Counted from the first letter of the stretch, positions 28,748 through 38,706 are shown. The stretch: DNA of 64,000 nucleotides from Alphaproteobacteria bacterium (GCA_964291395.2 OZ219856.1:2528001-2592000), one strand, 5' to 3'. Numbers and translations are program-made. Notes: generated from the letters alone by a model not told the origin.

Positions 28748-28867
28748 AGAAGTCGGAAAGGACGGGTGCGAATCGCACCCATTTGATGCTTGAGTGCCAA
28801 CCGACCGCGACGGCGCCTGGCATGCGCCGAGGCGCGCCGGGCCCGCGCACTCACGATGATCCAGCGA

Positions 28868-29371
28868 TCATCGAGGCACGAGCTTAGGTGGTCCGCGCCT
28901 CCAGGAGCCATCGGGTTGCATACACGCGTCGCCGTAGGCCTCGACCTCTTTTCCGTCGATGATGATCTGCGTCTGATATTCACGGATCATCAGACAGCCC
29001 GAAGGCAGTGTCGCGCGTTGCCGGACCGGGGTTGCCGCCGGCGGAGGTGAAGGCGGAGCGACATATCGTACCTGCGGCACGATGTGGACTGTTGGCGGCC
29101 GGCGATAGACCCTCACCGGTATCCACCCTTCATGCCAGTAATGATCAACCCTCGGGCGGCTCAGCATCAGACTCAACATGCCGAGGCCGAGCAAGGCTGC
29201 CGCGGCGTAGCCGTGATGGTGGTGACTATGGCCCGAATGATGGCGGTGACGTTTGCCGGCAAAAGACGGGTTCGCCAAGCCAACAACGAGCGCTGCCGCG
29301 AGCGCATACACACACCCGGCCTTGACGAAAGACTTCAGTCGTGGCCGTCCGCCTTGCTCATACTGCATCAT
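28868..29371 (-). CDS. Secreted His/Pro-rich hypothetical protein
   Basis: Signal peptide, His-rich stretch, C-terminal C..REYQTQIIIDGKEVEAYGDACMQPDGSW as in 17-kDa surface-antigen-like proteins. Confidence 0.7.
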   Translation of the reverse strand: MMQYEQGGRPRLKSFVKAGCVYALAAALVVGLANPSFAGKRHRHHSGHSHHHHGYAAAALLGLGMLSLMLSRPRVDHYWHEGWIPVRVYRRPPTVHIVPQVRYVAPPSPPPAATPVRQRATLPSGCLMIREYQTQIIIDGKEVEAYGDACMQPDGSWRRGPPKLVPR

Positions 29372-29579
29372 GTATCCATTTCGCTTCGCGAGAGGCTTGT
29401 CAAGCGGCTCAGTTTACCATGAGAACGCATGAATTGATTCTCCAAACGGAGGCCGCGCAGATCGTAAGGTTCGAACATGGCCGGTGTGACGTCGTGATCA
29501 GATATGAACTCCCATGGGACCTGGTCACGTTCGGTTGGGCGAGCATGGGCTACAATGGCCGAAACGGCCACCACGGCCA

Positions 29580-29745
29580 ACGCCTGGGACACCTCGCGCA
29601 TCAAGCTCGCGATCCACGTTACCCAGGTTCCCTTGCGCAACCCTGCGATACTGGCGCGGCTGGCTCTCTCGGTGAATCGGATCTCCGCAGGACAACTGGT
29701 GATCGGCCTCGGTATGAGACCCATCACGGATCCGGCTTACCGATG
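29580..29745 (+). pseudogene. LLM-class flavin monooxygenase fragment
   Basis: TSRIKLAIHVTQVPLRNPAILARLALSVNRISAGQLVIGLG. Confidence 0.6.
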
Positions 29746-30197
29746 CCCAGCGCCGGCGCGACGTCCCAGGCGCTTTGACAAGCGGCGCCATGCCGACGCT
29801 GCCTCTCGCTCAGCGCGCCTTCGATCTTCCCGATCAAGGCTGCTGGCGCGCCGCGCCGAACGCACCGAGGATCTGACCCCGCGCGAAGATTCCCGCAAGC
29901 ACGATTGCATGAACGCTGCCTAGTTTGCCCGGATCACGGTGACCACCGGCACAAACCGACGATTTTCTCTATAATATATGGCATATGTTGTATTCAAAGC
30001 GGTAAAATATGCAACATGTAGCAGAGCGGTGCGGACATACCATCGTTTCCGGTACGGTTGCCGCCCCGCCGGACACGGCTGCCAAGGCGACCAGCACCTT
30101 GCTGAATAACTTCGCCCGATCCCGTCGGCCTCCGGCTCGGTGGCTCGTTTCCAAACTTGAGGCCGCAGGCGGCCCGTTCCCTGTTCGACACTCGATC

Positions 30198-30875
30198 ATG
30201 CGCAACGCCGGCCGTCGCGTGCGGGTTCCGGCGGTACCGGCAGCGGCACTCGCAGTGCTGATGGTCATCTCGTCTCTCCTCACCGGTTGCAGCGAGCCCC
30301 TCCTCGGAGTATCCGCGCATTTGGGCGTGGCGATGGCCGAGGAGCGCCCCGTAACCGAAGCGGTCGACGACCTCAAGATTCAGGTCCAGCTCAACCATAT
30401 TTTCTTCAACGACGACATCGAACTCCATCGGGCCGTGTCCTTCAGCGTGATCGAGGGACGGGCGCTGCTCACCGGCATCGTTCCGGCGTTCGAAGACCGG
30501 ATCCACGCCGTACGGCTTGCCCGCAAGGCCGAGGGAGTCCGCCAAGTGATCGACGGACTCCAGGTGGCCGAAAAGGGAGGGGTCATCGACTATGCCTTGG
30601 ACAGATGGATCACGGCACGGCTCAAGCTCAGGATCCTCAGGGACAAGGACATCCTGCATATCAACTACGACATCAATACCGTCAACCGCACCGTTTACCT
30701 GTTCGGCATCGCCCAGGACGAGGAGGAACTCGTGAAGGCGGCGGGTCACGCCCGTTTCATCGGCGGCGTCAAGAACATCGTGAGCCACGTGATCATGAAG
30801 GACGATCCAAGCCGCCCGTCGCCGCCCGGCGAAGGGGATGGCGACGGCAAGCGGTCCACGCCGCCCAGGGCTTGA
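30198..30875 (+). CDS. BON-domain lipoprotein (OsmY/YraP-like)
   Basis: Lipobox LLTGC; two BON domains (EGRALLTG; NRTVYLFGIAQ). Confidence 0.88.
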   Translation: MRNAGRRVRVPAVPAAALAVLMVISSLLTGCSEPLLGVSAHLGVAMAEERPVTEAVDDLKIQVQLNHIFFNDDIELHRAVSFSVIEGRALLTGIVPAFEDRIHAVRLARKAEGVRQVIDGLQVAEKGGVIDYALDRWITARLKLRILRDKDILHINYDINTVNRTVYLFGIAQDEEELVKAAGHARFIGGVKNIVSHVIMKDDPSRPSPPGEGDGDGKRSTPPRA

Positions 30876-30914
30876 CATCGCGAAGTTGCCGGCGCGCGGT
30901 GTGTCGCCCCGCTG

Positions 30915-31000
30915 TTCCGTCGGGGACTACGAGAATCCACTATCCGCGTCTTGTCCGGGTGCAGGCGTAGACTGTAGTTTGCCAATCGCTTTGCCGGCAC
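30915..31000 (-). mobile_element. Group II intron reverse-transcriptase scrap
   Basis: KRLANYSLRLHPDKTRIVD matches the RT LxLHPxKTR motif. Confidence 0.5.
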
Positions 31001-31292
31001 CCTTGGCGTGCTGAACCACGATTGCGTTCAATTTCCTTCGATTCGTGTATGAGGCACATACCTGAAGGCAATTGCGAGATACTCCACCAGCAAGACGCAT
31101 GACCAGTCTCCTCGTTGAAGGGCGCGCATTGAACTGTCGTCTCACCAGAAAGCCACGGTTGGCAGGCGGCTTCACCCTGATCGTCGAGGGTTTTGCCCTG
31201 GTCGGCGGCGGCCATACCGACCTCATCGTGCTCGGGCGTTCCGGGAATCAGCGAGTCGCCTCGTCGCCCATCGGACCATCCTGCTCGATGCC

Positions 31293-33722
31293 GTGAACGA
31301 CGCACTCGCACCGATCGTCAAGGATCTCGTGCTCGTCGGTGGCGGGCACAGCCACGTCATCGTGCTCAAGCGCTTCGGCATGAAGCCGATGCCTGGGGTA
31401 CGGGTCACGCTTATCTGCCGCGACGTGGAGACGCCATATTCCGGAATGCTCCCGGGCCACATCGCCGGACACTACACCCACGACGACATTCACATCGACC
31501 TAGGTCCCCTGACGCGCTTCGCGAACGCGCGCTTCTACCACGACGAGGTCATCGGGCTCGACCCGGTTGAGCGAAGGGTGATCTGCCGCAACCGGCCTCC
31601 GGTGCGGTATGACGTGCTGTCCGTCGACATCGGGTCGGTGCCGCGGACGCACGACGTGCCAGGCGCAGAAAGCACGGGGGTGCCGGTCAAGCCGATCGGA
31701 AACTTCGTCGCCCAGTGGAACGAGCTGGTCGAGCGGGTACTCGGCACCGACGCTCCGTTGCGGATCGGAGTGGTGGGAGCGGGTGTCGGCGGCGTCGAGA
31801 TGGTGCTCGCGATGCAGCACGGGTTCCGCAACCGGCTACGCAAGGCAGGAGACGACCCCGATCGGGTGAGCTTCGATCTGTTCACCTCCGGAGCCGAGGT
31901 ACTTCCCCGCAACCCACCTCGGGTTGGGGCCGCGTTCGCTCGCGTGCTGGCTGAGCGCGGTGTACGAGTTCATCTCAATTCCCGGATCGAGCGCGCCAGT
32001 CCGGGAGCGGCCACTGCCGCCGGCGTCGTCCGTGGCGCACAATGCGCCGCATGGAGCGGAGCCGCACGCCCATTCGACCGCCAGGACACGTCGCGCACCG
32101 CGGCCATCGCAGGTCAGGCACAGGACTCGGGGAATGGCCCCGCTTGCGAGGCCGGGCTTTCGGCCGTGCTTCACGCCGCCGACGGTGCCGTGTACGAATT
32201 TGACGAGGTACTCTGGGTAACCCAGGCCGGCGCCCAGCCGTGGCTCACCGATTCCGGACTCTCTACCGACGAGGACGGCTTCGTTGCGGTGCGGCCGACC
32301 CTCGAATCGATTTCCCACCCGGGCATCTTCGCCGCGGGTGACTGTGCCGCGGTGCTCGAACACCCGCGCGAGAAGGCCGGGGTTTTTGCCGTTCGGCAGG
32401 GTCCGCCGCTCGCGGAGAACCTGCGCCGAGCGCTCCGTGGCATTGCGCTGAAGCCGTTCGCCCCGCAGCGCCGGTACCTCAGCCTCATCAGCACCGGCGA
32501 TCGGCGTGCCGTCGCCACACGGGGCGGTCCGATCGTCCTCGACGGAGAATGGGTGTGGCGATGGAAGGACTGGATCGACCGACGGTTCATGCGCAAGTTT
32601 GCCGATCTTCCGGAGATGAGCGACGACGAGAAGCTCGATCTGGCGAGCGGGCTCGCCGGCGATGATGCAATCGAGGAACTCTCGGCCATCGCGATGCGTT
32701 GCGGCGGATGCGGGGCCAAGGTCGGCGCGACGGTGCTCGGGCGAGTGATGAACGAGATCGAGCCGGTGGCGCGTGACGACGTGCTCATCGGGCTCGCGGA
32801 TCCCGACGACGCGGCGGTAGTGGAGACGCCGCCCGGCAAGGTGATGGTGCATACCGTCGATTCGTTCCGTGCCATGATCGACGATCCGTACCTCTTCGGC
32901 CGTATCGCCGCCAACCATAGCCTCGGCGACGTCTTCGCGATGGGCGGCGAGCCGCAGACCGCGCTCGCCATCGCCACGTTACCCTACGGGATCGAGACCC
33001 AGGTCGAGGACACGCTGAGTCAGATGATGGCCGGCGCGACGGAGGTGCTGCACGAGGCCGGCGCCGCGCTCGTGGGCGGACATACGAGTGAGGGCGCGGA
33101 GCTAGCGCTCGGATTCGCGGTTAGCGGACTGATCGACCGAGAGAAGATCCTGCGCAAGGGCGGAATGCGCCCGGGCGACCGGCTGCTGGTCACCAAGCCG
33201 CTCGGCACCGGCGCGCTCTTCGCCGCAAACATGCGGCACAAGGCGCGCGGGGCGTGGATTACGGCAGCCCTCGATTCGATGCAGCTTTCGAATCACGCAG
33301 GCGCCCGGTGTCTGCACCGCCGCAGCTCGAGCGCGTGCACCGACGTGACGGGCTTCGGACTGCTCGGTCACTTGGTCGAGATGATCCGCGCCTCCGAGGT
33401 CGAGGTGGAGCTCGATCTGGGAGCCATCCCAATCCTCCCGGGTGCCCTAGACACCGTCGCGGCGGGGATCACGAGCTCCCTTCAGCCTCAGAACCTGCGG
33501 CTGCGACGTGCGGTGCGCGATCACGACCGGGTGGCTGACGACCCCCGCTGGCCGCTCCTCTTCGATCCACAGACTGCGGGAGGACTGCTTGCATCTGTTG
33601 CCGAAAGCGAAGCCGAGGCGTGCGTCGAGGAGCTACGTTCGCTTGGCTATCCGCATACCGCCCTTATCGGACGCGTCATCGCCCGCAGCGACGCCCTGGA
33701 GCCGATTACGCTGTCAGCTTGA
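31293..33722 (+). CDS. selD: Selenophosphate synthetase (SenC) fused to N-terminal pyridine nucleotide-disulfide oxidoreductase domain
   Basis: LVLVGGGHSH, YSGMLPG, KAGVFAVRQG, WKDWIDRRFM; then MRCGGCGAKV, DDAA, GGHT, TDVTGFGLLGHL, DPQTAGGLL. Confidence 0.95.
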   Translation: MNDALAPIVKDLVLVGGGHSHVIVLKRFGMKPMPGVRVTLICRDVETPYSGMLPGHIAGHYTHDDIHIDLGPLTRFANARFYHDEVIGLDPVERRVICRNRPPVRYDVLSVDIGSVPRTHDVPGAESTGVPVKPIGNFVAQWNELVERVLGTDAPLRIGVVGAGVGGVEMVLAMQHGFRNRLRKAGDDPDRVSFDLFTSGAEVLPRNPPRVGAAFARVLAERGVRVHLNSRIERASPGAATAAGVVRGAQCAAWSGAARPFDRQDTSRTAAIAGQAQDSGNGPACEAGLSAVLHAADGAVYEFDEVLWVTQAGAQPWLTDSGLSTDEDGFVAVRPTLESISHPGIFAAGDCAAVLEHPREKAGVFAVRQGPPLAENLRRALRGIALKPFAPQRRYLSLISTGDRRAVATRGGPIVLDGEWVWRWKDWIDRRFMRKFADLPEMSDDEKLDLASGLAGDDAIEELSAIAMRCGGCGAKVGATVLGRVMNEIEPVARDDVLIGLADPDDAAVVETPPGKVMVHTVDSFRAMIDDPYLFGRIAANHSLGDVFAMGGEPQTALAIATLPYGIETQVEDTLSQMMAGATEVLHEAGAALVGGHTSEGAELALGFAVSGLIDREKILRKGGMRPGDRLLVTKPLGTGALFAANMRHKARGAWITAALDSMQLSNHAGARCLHRRSSSACTDVTGFGLLGHLVEMIRASEVEVELDLGAIPILPGALDTVAAGITSSLQPQNLRLRRAVRDHDRVADDPRWPLLFDPQTAGGLLASVAESEAEACVEELRSLGYPHTALIGRVIARSDALEPITLSA

Positions 33723-33804
33723 CGTGTAAAGCGGGTCCCGCGACCCACTCGCTCTATCGTCGGAGAGTCTTCGGGGGAATCCGTACGCTTGATCGCGGTC
33801 CGCG

Positions 33805-34782
33805 TCAGCGATCCGAGAGCTCGCCGAGCAGCGCGGCCCAGGCCGAACGCTCGCGCTCTGGCATAAACCGGTCGCATCGCGCGTCGCCGTGCGCGCGCAC
33901 CGCTTCGAGAAATCCGGAATCGGTCTCGGCTCGACGGAGCAACGCGTACAGGGCTTCGGTGTCGCCTGCTGGATACAAAGCGGGATGGTCTCGCCCGAGC
34001 AACCCGACGTTTCCGGGGATCTCGGAAGCGATGACCGGCACGCCGGCCACCACGGCTTCCGAAACCACGTTCGCACCGCCCTCCATGATCGAGCTCATCA
34101 CCATCGCGTGAGCGCGTGCCAAGGTGCGCCGGACCTGCCAGCGCGGCACCTCCCCGCGCCAGACATAACGCGGGTTCGCGGCCATCTCGATGCGCGCTTT
34201 CCGCGCGTGCGCCGCGTCGTGCGGCTTGCCGAGATGAATGATCCGTAGCCTCGACGCGTCCGGCACCGACCGCGCGGCGTACGCCGCGCGGAACGGATCC
34301 TTTTCATCGCGCAGATGGCCGATGACGCATACATCGAAGCTTCGCCGCGAGGGGTTTCTTGGCGCAGGCAGAGGCAGCGCCGATTGGTGAATGACCCGAA
34401 GCTTCGACCGGAACCGTGGCGGCAGATCGTCGGCCACGGCATCGTGCAGGCCGACCAACCGGTCCGCGGCCGCGATCGACGCGATGGTCTCCTTTGCGTG
34501 GCTGTGCTGGAAGCGGTAGATGTCGGTGCCGGACATGAGCACGACGAGGGGTCGAGAGGGATGACGAGCGCGGAACGCAGCCACCGAAGCCGCGCTCCGC
34601 CAAGCGTGGATGGCGATCAGAATGTCAGTGGTCTCCGGCTGAACCGCACCCGGCCACGCTTCGTCTATTGTCGTCGAATGGCCGAGCGACTCCAGGATGC
34701 GCGCCCAGCGCACCGCGGTGGTCCGGTTGCCGCTCCGCGATCGTTTCGCGGCTGGAGTAATCACGCTAATGTTCAGCGTCAT
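33805..34782 (-). CDS. senB: Selenosugar synthase SenB (GT4-fold glycosyltransferase)
   Basis: ITPA..SRSGNRTTAVRW, AIHAWRS, GTDIY, GHLRDEKDP, SIMEGGANVVSEA; flanked by selD and senA. Confidence 0.9.
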   Translation of the reverse strand: MTLNISVITPAAKRSRSGNRTTAVRWARILESLGHSTTIDEAWPGAVQPETTDILIAIHAWRSAASVAAFRARHPSRPLVVLMSGTDIYRFQHSHAKETIASIAAADRLVGLHDAVADDLPPRFRSKLRVIHQSALPLPAPRNPSRRSFDVCVIGHLRDEKDPFRAAYAARSVPDASRLRIIHLGKPHDAAHARKARIEMAANPRYVWRGEVPRWQVRRTLARAHAMVMSSIMEGGANVVSEAVVAGVPVIASEIPGNVGLLGRDHPALYPAGDTEALYALLRRAETDSGFLEAVRAHGDARCDRFMPERERSAWAALLGELSDR

Positions 34783-34808
34783 TTCCCCGAGAAATCTTGG
34801 GCTTGGTC

Positions 34809-36170
34809 ATGGGCAATATTCCGGTCGCCCCTCCTTCGGAGGGCATCCCTCCGGTCAAGGAGGTCACATCGGCGACGCTCGAAGCCTACATCCGCGATGC
34901 GCATTCGCGTACCCGGGAGCTGATCGACGACCTCACCGACGAGCAGCTCATGGGACCTCGACTGCGTATCGTCAACCCGATGCGGTGGGAGATCGGACAC
35001 GTCGCGTGGTTCCATGAGCACTTCATCCTGCAGCGCGTGTACGGCGAGGTGCCCTTGCTTGCCAACGGCCACGCGCTCTACGACTCCATTGCGATTCATC
35101 ACGACGCGCGCTGGGATCTGCCGCTGCCTTCGCGCTCGGAGACTCTCGCCTACATGCAGCGGGTGCATGATCGCCTGCTTGAGAGGCTCCAGCCCGGCAT
35201 CGCGAGCGCGGTCGACAGCTATCTCTACCAGTTCACTTCCTTCCACGAGGACATGCACGACGAGGCGTTCACGTGGACACGCCAAACGCTCGCCTATCCG
35301 CGCCCGCGATTCTCGGCGGCATCCGATCCCGGGCCGCCGACCGATGCCGACGCCGGCGAGCTGCCCGGAGATGTGTCCGTACCTGGCGGAGAGTTTCTAG
35401 CCGGCGCGCCCGGGGATGCGCCGTTCGTGTTCGACAACGAGAAGTGGTCCCATCCTGTGGAGGCCCGGCCGTTTCGCATCGCCCGGGCGCCGGTGACCAA
35501 CGCCGAGTTCGCCGAATTCGTCGACGACGGCGGCTACACGCGCTGCGAGCACTGGACCGAAGCAGGGTGGCGGTGGCGCGAATCCGTACAGGCCGAACAC
35601 CCCGTGTACTGGAAGCGCGACGGTGAAGGCGGATGGCTGGTCCGGCAGTTCGATGAGACGCTCCCGCTTGCCCCCCATCGCCCCGTCATTCACGTCAACT
35701 GGTACGAGGCGAGCGCTTGGTGCCGGTGGGCGGGCCGGCGCTTGCCGCGCGAACGCGAATGGGAAGCGGCCGCCCTCGGCGAGCCCGCGGCGGGCGAAGC
35801 GTTCCTCGCGGAGACGAAACGGCGTTATCCCTGGGGTGGTGAGGCCGCAGATTCCGCTCGCGCGAATCTGGACGGTCGCTCCCTCGGCTGCGTCGACGTC
35901 GCGGCGCTGCCGGCCGGCGACAGTGCATTCGGCTGCCGCCAGATGCTTGGCAACGTCTGGGAGTGGTGCGAGGACGCCTTCTGCCCGTACCCCGGCTTCA
36001 CTCCCGATGCCTACAAGGAGTACTCGCAGACCCTGTTCGGTCATACCCGGGTGCTGCGCGGTGGCGCGTGGATGACCCGCTCACGCATGGTGACCGGGCT
36101 CTACCGGAACTTCTTCGGTCCGGACCGCCGTGACGTCTTCGCGGGATTCAGGACCTGCGCGATGGAGTGA
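34809..36170 (+). CDS. senA: Selenoneine synthase SenA (EgtB-like DinB + FGE-sulfatase)
   Basis: VNPMRWEIGHVAWFHE, YDSIAIHH, HEDMHDE iron motif, GNVWEW, YRNFF..RRDVFAGFR. Confidence 0.88.
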   Translation: MGNIPVAPPSEGIPPVKEVTSATLEAYIRDAHSRTRELIDDLTDEQLMGPRLRIVNPMRWEIGHVAWFHEHFILQRVYGEVPLLANGHALYDSIAIHHDARWDLPLPSRSETLAYMQRVHDRLLERLQPGIASAVDSYLYQFTSFHEDMHDEAFTWTRQTLAYPRPRFSAASDPGPPTDADAGELPGDVSVPGGEFLAGAPGDAPFVFDNEKWSHPVEARPFRIARAPVTNAEFAEFVDDGGYTRCEHWTEAGWRWRESVQAEHPVYWKRDGEGGWLVRQFDETLPLAPHRPVIHVNWYEASAWCRWAGRRLPREREWEAAALGEPAAGEAFLAETKRRYPWGGEAADSARANLDGRSLGCVDVAALPAGDSAFGCRQMLGNVWEWCEDAFCPYPGFTPDAYKEYSQTLFGHTRVLRGGAWMTRSRMVTGLYRNFFGPDRRDVFAGFRTCAME

Positions 36171-36550
36171 ATCCGTCCATGATTGCGAACCTCCGTCAGG
36201 AAGCTGCAAACGGTGTTGAACCGGACGAACCCGCAAGGAGCACGAATCCGATCGATATGGAAACCGAAGGCTGGACCATGTTCACCGACGACGACGCATC
36301 GACCTGAACGATGATCTGGAGGCGACTACTGCACGACGCGTTCAAGCTGACGGCAGCGGGCCCGGACCTTCTCATGCGTAGCGCCCTGGTCAAATCCGCT
36401 GCCGCCCAAAGCTTCCGGCCTCGGTTTCCGTCGCGCCCGGACGGGTCGGCAGAGGCCCAAGGCCGCAAGGACATCGCGCCCACCCGCAACTTCTTCAATC
36501 TGCATCAACGCTGGCAATTCGCTGTCCTTCGCCTCGCGGACGCTGCGTGA
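36167..36550 (+). pseudogene. Decayed class I SAM-dependent methyltransferase
   Basis: Degenerate motifs EPDEPARS, IDME, RIDLNDDLEA (shifted frame), LTAAGPDLL, FNLHQR; internal TGA 36305; overlaps the senA stop and egtD start. Confidence 0.5.
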
Positions 36551-37530
36551 TAACGGTGGGCCAGACGCCGAACATGCCGCTCACGGCGGACCTCCAGCGG
36601 GCCGAAGGGGCGGACGATTTTCTCCGGGATGTACTCGACGGCCTGAGCGACGCGCCCAAGAACTTGCCGTGCAAATATTTCTACGATGCACGTGGATCGC
36701 AGCTTTTCGACCGGATATGCGCCCTGGAGGAGTACTACCTGACGCGTACCGAGATCGCGCTGCTCACAGAGCATGCCGACCGAATCGCCGCCGCATTCGG
36801 ACCGCAGTCGACCCTCGTCGAGTTCGGCAGCGGCTCGTGCGCGAAGGTAGGGATCCTGCTGGATGTACTCGAGAGACCGCGCGCCTACGTCCCGATCGAC
36901 ATCTCCTACGCGCATATGGCGGCAGCAGCGGCCAGACTGGCCGCGGTGCACCCGAGACTCGAGGTCCGGCCCGTCTCGGCCGATTACACGCGCCCCCTGG
37001 ATCTACCGCACGACTTGCACGGGCAGGGTTGCGTCGGCTTCTTTCCCGGATCGACGATCGGGAATTTCACCCCCCACGACGCCCATTCCTTCCTCAACGA
37101 TGCGCGGCTCTGGCTCGGCGCCGGCAGCCGCTTCCTGATCGGCGTGGATTTGAAAAAACCCGAGTCCATTCTGCATGCCGCCTACAATGACGAGGCTGGG
37201 ATCACGGCAACCTTCAATCTCAACCTGCTGCGTCGCATCAACCGTGAGATCGGCGCCGACTTCATTCTGGACAACTTCGAGCACGAGGCCCGCTACGATG
37301 CGATCGAAGGCCGGATCGAGATGCATCTGCTAAGCCGTGAAGCCCAGTGCGTCACCGTTGCGGGACGTGCATTCGACTTTGCTGCCGGCGAGACCATCCA
37401 CACGGAGAACTCGTACAAATACACTGCCGGGGAGTTTCACTCGCTGGTCGCCGGCGCCGGATGGTCGGTCGAGGCATGGTGGACGGACCGGGACGGACTC
37501 TTCAGCGTACACCTCCTCGTCACGCCCTGA
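36547..37530 (+). CDS. egtD: L-histidine N(alpha)-trimethyltransferase
   Basis: PKNLPCKYFYDARGSQLF, EYYLTRTE, VEFGSG, FPGSTIGNF, AYND..FNLNLL, IHTENSYKY. Confidence 0.95.
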   Translation: MITVGQTPNMPLTADLQRAEGADDFLRDVLDGLSDAPKNLPCKYFYDARGSQLFDRICALEEYYLTRTEIALLTEHADRIAAAFGPQSTLVEFGSGSCAKVGILLDVLERPRAYVPIDISYAHMAAAAARLAAVHPRLEVRPVSADYTRPLDLPHDLHGQGCVGFFPGSTIGNFTPHDAHSFLNDARLWLGAGSRFLIGVDLKKPESILHAAYNDEAGITATFNLNLLRRINREIGADFILDNFEHEARYDAIEGRIEMHLLSREAQCVTVAGRAFDFAAGETIHTENSYKYTAGEFHSLVAGAGWSVEAWWTDRDGLFSVHLLVTP

Positions 37531-37713
37531 ACATTGTCGGATTTCTCCCGATACCTCGATTTCTTGTGATCTCCTTCGCAATCGTCGATCTCTCCCAGGG
37601 GGATGCCCTGATGGAACTGTCTCGATAGCCGGATAGCGGTCTGGAACCGATGCTTGCAGCCCAGGACCGCGGCGGGCATATATCCATGATCCACCGACGC
37701 GGAGAGACTCATC

Positions 37714-38697
37714 ATGAAATGCCGGTTATTCGCCGCGGTGGCGGCAGCTATCATCGGAACCTCGGGGGACGCGGCGGCCGAGTTCGTCCCCGCCATAGTC
37801 TTCGATACAGGCGGCAAGTTCGACAAGTCGTTCAACGAGGCGGCCTACAACGGCGCCGAGAGATTCAAGACGGAGACCGGGATTGCCTATCGCGAATTCG
37901 AGGTCGCCCAGGTCTCGCAGCGTGAGCAGACGATCCGAAATATGGCGCGACGCGGCGCGACGGTCGTTGTGGCTGTGGGCTTTTCCCAGGCACCCGCGGT
38001 CGGCGAGGTAGCCCGGGAATTCCCGGACACCAAATTCACCCTGATCGACGCGGCAGTCGATCTGCCCAACGTGCAGTCCGTGATCTTCAAGGAGCACGAG
38101 GGATCGTTTCTGGTGGGCATGGCCGCGGCATTGGCCTCGAAAACCGGAAAGATCGGCTTCATCGGTGGCATGGACATCCCGCTGATTCGCAAGTTCTTCG
38201 TCGGTTACACCGAAGGCGCCAAACACGTTAGCCCGGACATCGTTGTGCTCATGGATATGATCGGCACGACGTCGGCGGCCTGGAATAATCCGACTAGGGG
38301 GGGCGAATTGGCCAACAGCCAGTTCGACCTGGGGGCTGACGTGATCTACGCCGCCGCCGGCGGCACCGGCATCGGCGTCTACCAAGCAGCGAATGATCGG
38401 GGCAAACTGGCCATCGGAGTGGATTCGAATCAGAACTATATACACCCCGGAACAATGCTGACCTCGATGATCAAGCGTGTGGACGTGGCCGTGTACGACG
38501 CTTTCATGTCGGCGAAGGACGGCACCTGGAAACCCGGCGTCGTCGTACTCGGGCTCAAGGAGGACGGCGTCGGCTTCGCCCTCGACGAACACAACCGGAG
38601 CCTGATTTCGCCGGTCATGGAAGCCAAGATCGAACAGGCCCGCAAGAACATCATCGCCGGCAAGATTCAGGTCACCGACTACACGGCTGAAAACTAG
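37714..38697 (+). CDS. BMP family ABC substrate-binding protein (nucleoside-type)
   Basis: GGKFDKSFN, FKEHEGSFLVG, AAAGGTG, IGVDSNQ, SMIKRVD. Confidence 0.92.
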   Translation: MKCRLFAAVAAAIIGTSGDAAAEFVPAIVFDTGGKFDKSFNEAAYNGAERFKTETGIAYREFEVAQVSQREQTIRNMARRGATVVVAVGFSQAPAVGEVAREFPDTKFTLIDAAVDLPNVQSVIFKEHEGSFLVGMAAALASKTGKIGFIGGMDIPLIRKFFVGYTEGAKHVSPDIVVLMDMIGTTSAAWNNPTRGGELANSQFDLGADVIYAAAGGTGIGVYQAANDRGKLAIGVDSNQNYIHPGTMLTSMIKRVDVAVYDAFMSAKDGTWKPGVVVLGLKEDGVGFALDEHNRSLISPVMEAKIEQARKNIIAGKIQVTDYTAEN

Positions 38698-38706
38698 TGC
38701 AACCGT

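Noticed and set aside
29965-30020. AT-rich imperfect palindrome upstream of the BON gene
   Set aside because: Possibly an operator, but it matches no motif I can name
36179-36550. Possible selenoprotein read through the in-frame TGA 36305 in the Se cluster
   Set aside because: No convincing SECIS hairpin follows the TGA, there is no redox motif, and the family-like motifs are split across frames, which fits a pseudogene
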